A stretch of DNA of 43,857 bases, from positions 1-43,857 of the forward strand of contig SDNY01000016.1 of assembly GCA_004524535.1 (NCBI GenBank). Reading direction: 5' to 3'. Each line of letters begins with the position of its first letter. The first letter of the stretch is position 1. The position numbers and the translations under genes were made by a program. Source of the DNA: Promethearchaeota archaeon. GTDB taxonomy: Archaea; Asgardarchaeota; Lokiarchaeia; Sigyniarchaeales; SOKP01. Positions 1-8,385 of this stretch are shown piece by piece. The notes under the pieces were generated by a model, which saw nothing but the letters and a program-made list of their open reading frames with translations, made no database searches and was not told where the DNA came from.

Positions 1-2183
1 TCTCCCAATGGAATTAACTTCGCTTCTACAATATGACCTCCCACACCATTATATTCTTCAGGTGTTCGGACATCTATCAAAACCGCTGGTTTGTCTTCTG
101 AATTAAGTCTTTCATATAACTCCTCTACTGTTATGTCTGAAATGGGAGGTGCCTCTAGAGGTCTTAATTCTTTTCTTGTTTTTTTCTTGGCTTTAATAGG
201 TGCGCTAATCTCATCAACAGAAAGCTCTCCTTTTTGAAGGATTGCGACCATTTTTCCTTCTTCTTTACCTAAATATAATAATTCGACCGCCTCAGTAAGC
301 TTAGCATAAGCTTCTACACTTGATTTAAAACTAGGATCAGTAGCATAAATCTTTAATTTTTTATTTTCAGGAAGAGTTTCTAAAGATTTTATTAAAGCGT
401 TTAAGGGACCAGGGCAGGATAATCCACATGCATCTATAACTACATAATTATCATCTTCCACAGATTTTTCCTTTACAAATTCCTCCATAATTTCACTTGT
501 ACCACCGCAGGCAGCTACAATTTCTTCTGTAGTAGCAGAGGCAATTTCGTAAGTTTTAAATCCTCCCGTCAATTCATATATTTCTTTATACCCCCGTTGT
601 AGCAATATTCGAGTAGCTAGATAGCTCCTATAACCCACTTCACAAAATGTTATTATAGGCTTTCCTTTTGGAATCTCATTTAATCGGTTTCTTAGGGCTT
701 CTAAGGGGATATTTATAGCTCCTTCAATAGTCCTTGATTTAAATTCTTCAGGAGTTCTAACATCTAGTATGATATTATCTTCTCCTTTAAGCTTATCTAT
801 ATCATGCCAGTGCCAAATAGGCATATCATTTTTCAAGTAATTGGCTGCGATGAAACCTGCCATATTTACCGGATCTTTAGCAGAACCATAGGGAGGAGCA
901 TAAGTTAATTCTAATTCTTCTAAATCAAACACGGTACCTCCCATTTTAATGATTGTTGAAATAACATCAATTCTTTTTTCACTTCCAGAACCGCCTACAA
1001 TCTGAGCTCCTAAAACTTTTCCCGAGGGGTCTTCGAATAATAATTTAAATGCCATTGGAACTGCTCCAGGATAATACCCTGCGTGATTATTAGGATGTAA
1101 ATATATTTTTTCATAATTTAAATCCGTATTTTTTAATTGTTTTTCCGTTAGACCAACTGTAGCTACGGTAATATCAAAAACCTTTACAACTGAAGCCCCT
1201 AAAAATCCTTTATATTGAGATTTTCTTCCTGCTATGTTCTCTGCTGCAATCCTACCCTGTTTATTAGCTGGCCCCGCTAATGCCATTGATATTGGCTTTT
1301 TAGTTTGATAATGTAAGAATTGAATAGCATCACCAACCGCATAAATATTTGGATCTGAGGTTAACATATTCCCATTAACAACGATATGTCCTCGTTCTCC
1401 TAATTCAAGACCCGCCTCTTTTGCCAATGTATTTTCTGGTCGAATTCCTACTGACATTATTATTAAATCTGTATCGATCGTACGTCCATTTTTAGTCTTT
1501 ACATTTATAATTCCATCTGGATCTCGCTCAAAAGAATCCACAGGGTCCTCTAACACTAAACAAACTCCATTCAAGATTAATTCTTGATGGATAAATTGAG
1601 CCATCTCCCTATCTATGGGCGGCATTACTTGATCGAGCATCTCTACAATTTTTACCTTAATGCCTTTTTTAACTAAATTCTCAACCATCTCCAATCCAAT
1701 AAATCCTCCTCCCACAACAACTGCTTTTTTAATTTGAGAATTATCGACAAATTTTCGAATTTTAACGGCATCTGGAATTGTCCATAGTTGATAATATGGT
1801 ACTTCTTCAAGACCCGGAAAAGGAGGAAGTATCGGAGTTGAACCTGTCGCTAATATAAGATAATTATATTCTAAATCATATTCATCTTGATCCTCTAAAT
1901 TTCTCACTTTAACAGTTTTATTCTTTCGATCTATTGAACTTACTTCGTTATTTACTCTCACATCTATATTAAATCTATCAAAAAATATCTGAGGAGGAAC
2001 TAATTCTAAGGAACTTCGATCTTTTATCACATTGCCCACATAATATGGTAATCCACAATTGGCAAAAGATACATACGGACCACGATCAAGCATAATTATT
2101 TCGATATTTTCTTTAAGGCGTCTTAATCGAGCAGCAGCGGATGCTCCACCCGCAACACCACCAATAATCACTACTCTTTCCAT
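1..2183 (-). CDS. CoA-disulfide/persulfide reductase fused to rhodanese, TusA and a second rhodanese domain (3' end runs off the window)
   Basis: Absent from the ORF track (runs off the edge). Manual translation from ATG 2183: MERVVIIGGVAGGASAAARLRR (FAD), SFANCGLPY (catalytic Cys), VVGGGFIGLE (NAD(P)H), LELTYAPPYGSAKDP; rhodanese 1 (ITFCEVGYRS); TusA (IDACGLSCPGP...ATDPSF); rhodanese 2 (LIDVRTPEEYNGVGGHI). Confidence 0.93.
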   Translation of the reverse strand, partial: MERVVIIGGVAGGASAAARLRRLKENIEIIMLDRGPYVSFANCGLPYYVGNVIKDRSSLELVPPQIFFDRFNIDVRVNNEVSSIDRKNKTVKVRNLEDQDEYDLEYNYLILATGSTPILPPFPGLEEVPYYQLWTIPDAVKIRKFVDNSQIKKAVVVGGGFIGLEMVENLVKKGIKVKIVEMLDQVMPPIDREMAQFIHQELILNGVCLVLEDPVDSFERDPDGIINVKTKNGRTIDTDLIIMSVGIRPENTLAKEAGLELGERGHIVVNGNMLTSDPNIYAVGDAIQFLHYQTKKPISMALAGPANKQGRIAAENIAGRKSQYKGFLGASVVKVFDITVATVGLTEKQLKNTDLNYEKIYLHPNNHAGYYPGAVPMAFKLLFEDPSGKVLGAQIVGGSGSEKRIDVISTIIKMGGTVFDLEELELTYAPPYGSAKDPVNMAGFIAANYLKNDMPIWHWHDIDKLKGEDNIILDVRTPEEFKSRTIEGAINIPLEALRNRLNEIPKGKPIITFCEVGYRSYLATRILLQRGYKEIYELTGGFKTYEIASATTEEIVAACGGTSEIMEEFVKEKSVEDDNYVVIDACGLSCPGPLNALIKSLETLPENKKLKIYATDPSFKSSVEAYAKLTEAVELLYLGKEEGKMVAILQKGELSVDEISAPIKAKKKTRKELRPLEAPPISDITVEELYERLNSEDKPAVLIDVRTPEEYNGVGGHIVEAKLIPLG

Positions 2184-2236
2184 AATTATTAATCACAAAA
2201 ATAGGAATTTATCAAAATTATTATAATCAAGTAATG

Positions 2237-2247
2237 AAAAAAAAAAA
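2237..2247 (-). terminator. Possible oligo-U terminator after iscU
   Basis: T11 run on the minus strand ~15 nt downstream of the iscU stop. Oligo-T tracts are typical archaeal terminators, but T runs are common in this AT-rich DNA. Confidence 0.3.
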
Positions 2248-2262
2248 GTTTTTAATTCAATT

Positions 2263-3054
2263 CTAATCAAGAATTATTACTACGTCTACAAATAACTCAT
2301 ACTGCTCGTCCTCATCAAAGTCATGAATAACCACTTTTTCAACTTCGTCAAGTTCTCCTTTAATTTCAATTACTTCAGATTGATATAAGATCTTAACATC
2401 AGAACGCTCAAGTTTTTTCCGTATTTCTACCCTACCTGGTGTAGATTTAGCAGAAGTAACTAGTATAACTCTACCCGTATATTCAGTCAATTTTAAAGCT
2501 AACTCTAAAGATTCATCTCCTGTATCGGAGACTATAATTCTTTTATCTCTTAATTGTTCTAAATCATCAACTTTTTTATATACACCTTTACCTAGAAATT
2601 CTTCTACTCCAAGTATAACTCTAACTTCTAACTGGCAGGATGTTACTACCTCTATTTCTGGTTTTGAACCCGTGCGGTAATTATCTATAGCAGCCTGTAA
2701 TGCATCTGCCGCTAAGTTCGAGCAATGCATTTTAATAGGGGGCAAGCCATCTAATTCGTCAGCTACATCACCTCTAGATATCTTATATGCCTCGTCAAGT
2801 GTCATACCTTTAGCCATTTCAGTTATCATTGAGGATGTTGAAACGGCTGAGCCACAACCAAACGTTTTAAATTTTATATCAGTAATAATTTCTTCTCCTT
2901 CTTTGTTTTTTCCCACTTTAATGTAGATCCACATTAGATCTCCACATACAGGATTACCAACCTTACCAACTCCGTCAGCATCTTCTATTTCGCCAACATT
3001 TCTTGGGTTCCTAAAGTGATCCATAACTTTTTCAGTATATTTATGCACACTCAT
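2263..3054 (-). CDS. iscU: IscU/NifU Fe-S scaffold with a C-terminal degenerate thioredoxin-reductase NADPH-binding domain
   Basis: YTEKVMDHFRNPRNVG, NPVCGD, FKTFGCGSA and KMHCSNLA are intact. The C-terminal ~120 aa resemble the TrxB NADPH domain (GVEEFLGKGV...KRIIV...SLELALKL...EVIEIKG...ELFVDVVII). SD AGGAGG lies upstream. Confidence 0.92.
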   Translation of the reverse strand: MSVHKYTEKVMDHFRNPRNVGEIEDADGVGKVGNPVCGDLMWIYIKVGKNKEGEEIITDIKFKTFGCGSAVSTSSMITEMAKGMTLDEAYKISRGDVADELDGLPPIKMHCSNLAADALQAAIDNYRTGSKPEIEVVTSCQLEVRVILGVEEFLGKGVYKKVDDLEQLRDKRIIVSDTGDESLELALKLTEYTGRVILVTSAKSTPGRVEIRKKLERSDVKILYQSEVIEIKGELDEVEKVVIHDFDEDEQYELFVDVVIILD

Positions 3055-4245
3055 TTAATTTACCTCCTTTTTAATTTGTTCTAAAAATTTTGGTGGTGTA
3101 AGAGGTGATAAAACTCTTAACTTTCTTACTACCTCTGGTAAAACTTCTATAATTTTATCAACATCTTTTTCCTCAGAAAATCTTCCTAATGTCAGTAATA
3201 AGCTACCATGTGCCTCTTCATGCAATAGACCACATGATATTAACGTATGGGAAGGTTCAAGCGTTTTTGAAGAGCAAGCTGATCCAGTGGCTACTTCTAC
3301 ATTTTCATCTTTTAGAGCGAGTAGTAATGACTCACCCTCAATATAATCAAAGCGGAAATTCGCATTATGAGATGTCCGTTCTTCAGGGTGTCCGTTTAAG
3401 TAGGATTTAGGGATCTTTAAAATTCCCTCAATCAGTTTATCTCTTAATTTTTTCAATCTTGCAGCTTCTGTATTAATTTCAGCTTTCATTATTTCTGCTG
3501 CTTTAGCAAAACCCACAATTCCAGGCATGTTTTCTGAACCTGATCGCATCCCCTTCTCTTGGCCACCACCAATAATTATTGGATTCACCCTTACCCCTTT
3601 TTTTAAATATAAAGCACCAATCCCTCTAGGGCCATAAATTTCATTGGAAGAAAGAGTCAATAAATCGAATGGAACCTTTTGCACGTCTATAGGAACAGAA
3701 GATTGCGTAGCTACCGCATCAGAATGGAACCAAACTTTATTTTTTTGGGCGATTTCCGCGATTTCTTCTATAGGTTGTAAAGTTCCAATTTCATTACTAG
3801 CTGTAGATATTGAAATTAAAATGGTTTTATCATTTATCAAACGCTCAAGTTTATTCAGATTAATTCTCCCATATTGATCAACTGAAAGTCGACTTACTTT
3901 AAATCCCTCTCTTTCTAGATATTTTCCTATATTTAAAATTGAGATATGCTCGATTTCTGAGATAATTATATGATTTCCTTTTCTCTTATTTCGTAATGCT
4001 CCTCCAATTATCGCAAGATTATTTGATTCTGTGGCACCAGAAGTAAAGATTATATTGTCTGGGCTTGGAGCATTGATAAATTCTGCTATTGTTTGTCTAG
4101 ACTCTTCTAATTTATTCGTTGCATTATAACCATAAAGATGTAATGAGGATGGATTACCAAATTCTTCTATAAAATATGGTTTCATCGCATCAAATACACG
4201 CGGATCCACTGGTTTAGCTGCTTGATAATCTAAGTAAGCACTCAT
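3055..4245 (-). CDS. iscS: IscS/NifS-family (class V aminotransferase) protein lacking the PLP lysine
   Basis: YLD...FGNPSSLH, FTSGATESNN, EH, NEIGT, GGGQE, RSGSEN and GSACSS (persulfide Cys) are present. SSNEIYGPRG replaces canonical SxHKxYGPKG. Confidence 0.93.
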   Translation of the reverse strand: MSAYLDYQAAKPVDPRVFDAMKPYFIEEFGNPSSLHLYGYNATNKLEESRQTIAEFINAPSPDNIIFTSGATESNNLAIIGGALRNKRKGNHIIISEIEHISILNIGKYLEREGFKVSRLSVDQYGRINLNKLERLINDKTILISISTASNEIGTLQPIEEIAEIAQKNKVWFHSDAVATQSSVPIDVQKVPFDLLTLSSNEIYGPRGIGALYLKKGVRVNPIIIGGGQEKGMRSGSENMPGIVGFAKAAEIMKAEINTEAARLKKLRDKLIEGILKIPKSYLNGHPEERTSHNANFRFDYIEGESLLLALKDENVEVATGSACSSKTLEPSHTLISCGLLHEEAHGSLLLTLGRFSEEKDVDKIIEVLPEVVRKLRVLSPLTPPKFLEQIKKEVN

Positions 4246-4286
4246 TATTTATCCCTCCGTTTTATAAAAAAAATTAAAGAAATAAA

Positions 4287-4643
4287 TTAAAACCACATGG
4301 TAGCATCAGCTTCTAATGCTAAATCATTTAAAGTTGCTGCTCCAACAATTTTAACACCTGGAATTAACTCAACTTTCTCCCAACCCAACATTCTTTTTGA
4401 GGCTTCACAAACTAAAATTTCTACACCCGCTTCCAAAGTTTTATCAATCATTTCTTTAACAGATGGAAAATCACCCAATTTTATTTTTTCGGCCTCCCCT
4501 GGTTTTAATATTTTTAAACCTGTCCCTAAATAATAAACTATTGCATTAATATCCATAGCTTTTGCTGTCTGTGCCAACACTAGCGGAGAATATTGACGTT
4601 CAGGATCGTCGCTTGTTTGTACATACAATATGCTTTTTCCCAT
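4287..4643 (-). CDS. DsrE/DsrF-like sulfur-transfer protein
   Basis: 118 aa with the DsrE pattern: VYYLGTGLKIL...GVEILVCEAS (conserved Cys)...VGAATLNDLALEAD. Confidence 0.85.
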   Translation of the reverse strand: MGKSILYVQTSDDPERQYSPLVLAQTAKAMDINAIVYYLGTGLKILKPGEAEKIKLGDFPSVKEMIDKTLEAGVEILVCEASKRMLGWEKVELIPGVKIVGAATLNDLALEADATMWF

Positions 4644-4660
4644 TTCGCATCACTCTTATT

Positions 4661-4915
4661 TTATTTTTTTTTCTTAAAAATAAATGTTAGAATATCGTCC
4701 TCCTTTCTAAAATCTAAAATTTCTGTCTCAGTTCTTTTAGCCCACCTTTGCAAATCTTCTTCAGCAGCAGGATCGTCAGCAATGACTTTAAAACACTGAC
4801 CAATTTCAAGAGTTTCAGATAGATTTCTTACTTCAAATAAAGGTTCTGGACAAAATAATCCAGTTGTATCCAACTCCTCTTCAATTTCAAATTCATTATT
4901 TTCCTTATCACTCAA
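4661..4915 (-). CDS. tusA: TusA/SirA sulfur carrier
   Basis: LDTTGLFCPEP (CPxP) and ADDPAAEEDLQRWA. The start is probably TTG at 4915, because the GTG at 4930 overlaps the SD-like GAGGT. Confidence 0.9.
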   Translation of the reverse strand: MSDKENNEFEIEEELDTTGLFCPEPLFEVRNLSETLEIGQCFKVIADDPAAEEDLQRWAKRTETEILDFRKEDDILTFIFKKKK

Positions 4916-5172
4916 TTTTTTCAACCTCACTTTTTATGATTAATAAGATAATTTTTTGCTTTATATTGATTTCGTAAATTAGAAAGGATCTTTTTTGTTA
5001 TGTTTACTGTTATTATTCAGATCTTTTACTAAAAAGATAAACATTATTCTTATAATTTAGTTAAAATAAAGAATAATTGAAGAATTAGTATAAAGCAATA
5101 TTAATAAGACTTTTATAATTTATAAACTTCGAAAAAAATATTTTGAAAATCCTTGAAATTAAAATAGAGATT

Positions 5173-6018
5173 TTAAGTTATATATGGTTTTAATAATTGT
5201 AATCTTGTTTCTCTTGATGTTCTATTTCTTACAGGATTCCAATTTCCATACAGTTCTTCATGAAAAGTGGGCTTTTTAATTCTATAAAATATCCCAATGG
5301 GCAGTTTATCTTTTTTTTTAACAATTTTCATCGCCTCATCGAAAGATTTCGGTTCTTTTTCAAGTATTTCAGTATTCTCTCGATAGAATTGCCAAGTGTC
5401 TTTATATGCAACAGCTGGTTGTAAAATTTCTAAGAATGAAAAACCTTTATGCTCAATAGCTTTTACCATAAGATCTGTGAGATGTGCTTGTTTTCCTGGA
5501 AATCCTCTAGCAATGAATGTTGCACCTGCTTCTAGCATAATTGCAAGAGCATTTAAGGGTTCTTCAACACTTCCTTTGGGAGTAGAGGGGCCTTTCCATC
5601 CTTTTTCTGAAAGAGGTGTATATTGACCAGTTGTTAAAGCATAAACACCATTATTATGTAAAATAAGAGTCATATTAAAGTTTCTTTTAGCGGCAAATAT
5701 CGTGTGTGCAAGTCCTTCTCCCATCGCGTTTCCATCACCCGAAAATGTTATAACGTTTAATTCGGGATTCGCAATTTTCATTCCTTGGACCGTTGCAATA
5801 TCTCTCCCATGTAGTGAATATAGACCACTCATATTCAAATAATCAAAAATCTTAGCATGACATCCAATTCCAGCGGAAATTACAATGTATTCTCTATTAA
5901 TCCCTTTTTCCTCTAATTTTACTATCGCTTTTTTAAAAGCACTCAAAATACCAAAATTCCCGCAAATTCGGCGACCTCGGCACCAAGTATTTTCAGCATA
6001 TGTGTCTAAATCATCCAT
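5173..6018 (-). CDS. korB: 2-oxoacid:ferredoxin oxidoreductase beta subunit (TPP-binding) with an atypical Cys ligand set
   Basis: NTWC...CGNFGI, GIGCH, LHGR, SGDG...NNGVYALTTGQ. Directly downstream of the alpha subunit. Confidence 0.9.
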   Translation of the reverse strand: MDDLDTYAENTWCRGRRICGNFGILSAFKKAIVKLEEKGINREYIVISAGIGCHAKIFDYLNMSGLYSLHGRDIATVQGMKIANPELNVITFSGDGNAMGEGLAHTIFAAKRNFNMTLILHNNGVYALTTGQYTPLSEKGWKGPSTPKGSVEEPLNALAIMLEAGATFIARGFPGKQAHLTDLMVKAIEHKGFSFLEILQPAVAYKDTWQFYRENTEILEKEPKSFDEAMKIVKKKDKLPIGIFYRIKKPTFHEELYGNWNPVRNRTSRETRLQLLKPYIT

Positions 6019-6019
6019 T

Positions 6020-7675
6020 TTAAATTACCTCCTTAATTTTTTCAGCTAATTCAATTGGATCAAAAGGACGCCCATCGTACTTATTAATTAGATACTTACT
6101 CTGAATATTTGCCTTTTCTTTTAGAAGTGAGGTGAATTGTCCCATTTTGCTCAATTCTATGGTTATTACGGGCTCATCTTTATATCTTTCCAGTTCCCAT
6201 ACTGGTAAGGGACTAAGATATATTGGCTGGATTATAGTCGCTTCAATGTCTCCATAGTGAAGAGCTTCTAATACGCTCATTGTAGTTGAACCATATGTAA
6301 AAATTAAAGGCCCCCCGGTTCCATATACATTTACCGTTTTTAGTTGCTTTAAAAAATCAATAATATGCATATTTTTTTTATACCTTTTATTATGCATTTT
6401 TGTTATTAGTTCGGGATTTTCAGTAGTTATCCCTAACTCATCATGTTCATAACTCGTCCATTTAATTATTTCTTTAGATGGTGGAAATAGTAATGGAGAA
6501 ATTCCGTCTTCTGTATCAAGATATCTTTTGTAGTCACCACTTTTATGGTATTTAGGTTCTGCCCACTTTATATTCTTCATCTCCATTTCAATTGTCATGC
6601 TACTCTCGGATAGATGTTTTTCAGTTAATATAATCCCTGGAGTTTGAAATTTCCAAACAAGATCAAGTAATTCTGCAGTTAGATAAAATGCCTCTTTTAT
6701 TGAACCAGGACATGCTACAATCCTTAAAAATTCACCATGTCCAGCATTTAAAGCAAAATTCAAATCACCTTGCTCTGTATAGGTTGGTACGCCTGTAGCA
6801 GGACCAGGTCTCATTGATAGGACGCATAATATCGGCGCTTCAGCCATTCCTGCCAATGAGAGCCCTTCAACCATAAGAGCAAATCCCCCTCCACTTGATC
6901 CAACCATAGCTTTAGCTCCTGCAAATGCAGATCCTATAGCCATATTAATAACAGCAATTTCATTCTCTGGATGTATAACTGCCAAACCAAATTTTTCTGC
7001 TTGAGCTGCTAATATGTGTAAAATAGAGGATGCAGGAGTCATGGGATACCCATAATAGGTATCTAAACCTCCTGCAATAGCTCCTAGTGCTATAGATTGA
7101 TTGCCCGTTAGGATAGGTCTTTTTTTATCTCCATTTTGAACTTCAAATTTATTATTTATAGTAGGAAATACAATATCGTAAATAGCATTCGCAAATGAGA
7201 TGTTATCTTCTACAAAACTAGGGTATTCTTTTTTAATTATTTCATTCAAATCATTTTTACTAATTCCTATTGAACACGCTAAAATAGCAACTGCTCCCAC
7301 ACCATATAAAAGATTTTTTGCAGGAAATTTTTTAGCTTCGCTATAAAAAGGGACACCAATTCCTTCAGCATTGTCAATTTCATCAGAATTATAAATAATG
7401 AGACCATTTTTATCAAGCTCATTGGCATGTATCTCATAACTTCTTTTATCTGAATTTACAATTAAACCTGCTTTCATATAATGACTATGTATCTCACTTG
7501 TAGCAGTGCTTATAACTGAGAAATTATGTCCTCCTCTTATTAAACTCATATAGTCATCCATCTGAAATACTTGTCTTCCTCTCTCAATAAAAATTTGAGA
7601 AGCAACAGAACCAGCCTTTTTTACACCTTCTCCAGCTTTACCTCCTACGATAAATGTAAAAACATTTTTTTTTAT
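6020..7675 (-). CDS. korA: 2-oxoacid:ferredoxin oxidoreductase alpha subunit (gamma-alpha fusion)
   Basis: YMSLIRGGHNF, GNQSIALG, GYPMTPAS, ENEIA, SSGGGFALM, RPGPATGVPT. The frame stays open upstream of the ORF-track ATG (7561) and encodes the conserved VFTFIVGGKAGEG. The most upstream start-like codon in frame is ATA 7675, 6 nt after GGTGA. Confidence 0.92.
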   Translation of the reverse strand: MKKNVFTFIVGGKAGEGVKKAGSVASQIFIERGRQVFQMDDYMSLIRGGHNFSVISTATSEIHSHYMKAGLIVNSDKRSYEIHANELDKNGLIIYNSDEIDNAEGIGVPFYSEAKKFPAKNLLYGVGAVAILACSIGISKNDLNEIIKKEYPSFVEDNISFANAIYDIVFPTINNKFEVQNGDKKRPILTGNQSIALGAIAGGLDTYYGYPMTPASSILHILAAQAEKFGLAVIHPENEIAVINMAIGSAFAGAKAMVGSSGGGFALMVEGLSLAGMAEAPILCVLSMRPGPATGVPTYTEQGDLNFALNAGHGEFLRIVACPGSIKEAFYLTAELLDLVWKFQTPGIILTEKHLSESSMTIEMEMKNIKWAEPKYHKSGDYKRYLDTEDGISPLLFPPSKEIIKWTSYEHDELGITTENPELITKMHNKRYKKNMHIIDFLKQLKTVNVYGTGGPLIFTYGSTTMSVLEALHYGDIEATIIQPIYLSPLPVWELERYKDEPVITIELSKMGQFTSLLKEKANIQSKYLINKYDGRPFDPIELAEKIKEVI

Positions 7676-7723
7676 AGGTTTTCACCATAATATTTTATTT
7701 TCTAACTTATTGAATAAGAATAA

Positions 7724-7731
7724 TATATAAA
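7724..7731 (-). promoter_or_regulatory. Putative TATA box of korAB
   Basis: TTTATATA on the minus strand ~50 nt upstream of the korA start, compatible with a short SD-containing leader. Confidence 0.4.
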
Positions 7732-8145
7732 TCTGAAATAAAGGAATTTAAAATTATACCTTATTGTTTAAAGGATCTTTTAACCAAAAAAGCTAATACT
7801 ATAAAAAGAATAATAAAATCTCTTTTCTTTATATTTTTAGAATTTATAGATTAGATTTAAATAATTGATAATTTAGCAGAGTTAAATTTTAGTAAATTTA
7901 ATAATAATAAGATAATTCATATTTTACTTATATCATTTTAATTAAAACACTAATTTTTCAATATTTTATGAAGGAGAAATTTAAGAATTTGAATTTACTC
8001 GTATAAATTAAGTAAAATTTGGAAAACTTGGGTTTTATCATCATGGAATATGTTAAAGAAAATGAAAATTTAATTTAATCCATGATAGAGAAGAATCAGT
8101 TGACTCAGAAGATTTAATATTTATTTAATTAATTGAGGTGATTTT

Positions 8146-8316
8146 ATTATTAAAAAAACAGAACAAACCGTATTAAAGAAAGGGCAGTTTATCGACTCTT
8201 ATTGCTCAAATTTAAAGGAATGCATTGAAAGAAATGAATTTATTAAAAAATTTCGGGAAGAATTAGTAAAAAAGAAGTATGATAACCTTTTTAAAGTAAA
8301 ACAAGATGTTTTATAA
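8146..8316 (+). CDS. Candidate 55-56 aa basic small protein with an ATT start
   Basis: Perfect SD GAGGTGA (8135-8141) followed by ATT ATT and an open frame of 57 codons including the stop: (M)IKKTEQTVLKKGQFIDSYCSNLKECIERNEFIKKFREELVKKKYDNLFKVKQDVL. Confidence 0.45.
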   Translation: MIKKTEQTVLKKGQFIDSYCSNLKECIERNEFIKKFREELVKKKYDNLFKVKQDVL

Positions 8317-8385
8317 TTCCCGAAATAATTTATCTTTGAAAATCGTTGAGATTTGTAAATAAGTCCAATTGGCAATTGACAACAA

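Noticed and set aside
3189-5626. Plus-strand ORFs 3189, 3644, 4297, 4593, 5396
   Set aside because: Antisense shadows of well-supported minus-strand genes, with no motifs.
1-7675. Selenoproteins/SECIS in the redox cluster
   Set aside because: All catalytic positions I translated are Cys codons, and I found no in-frame TGA or convincing SECIS.
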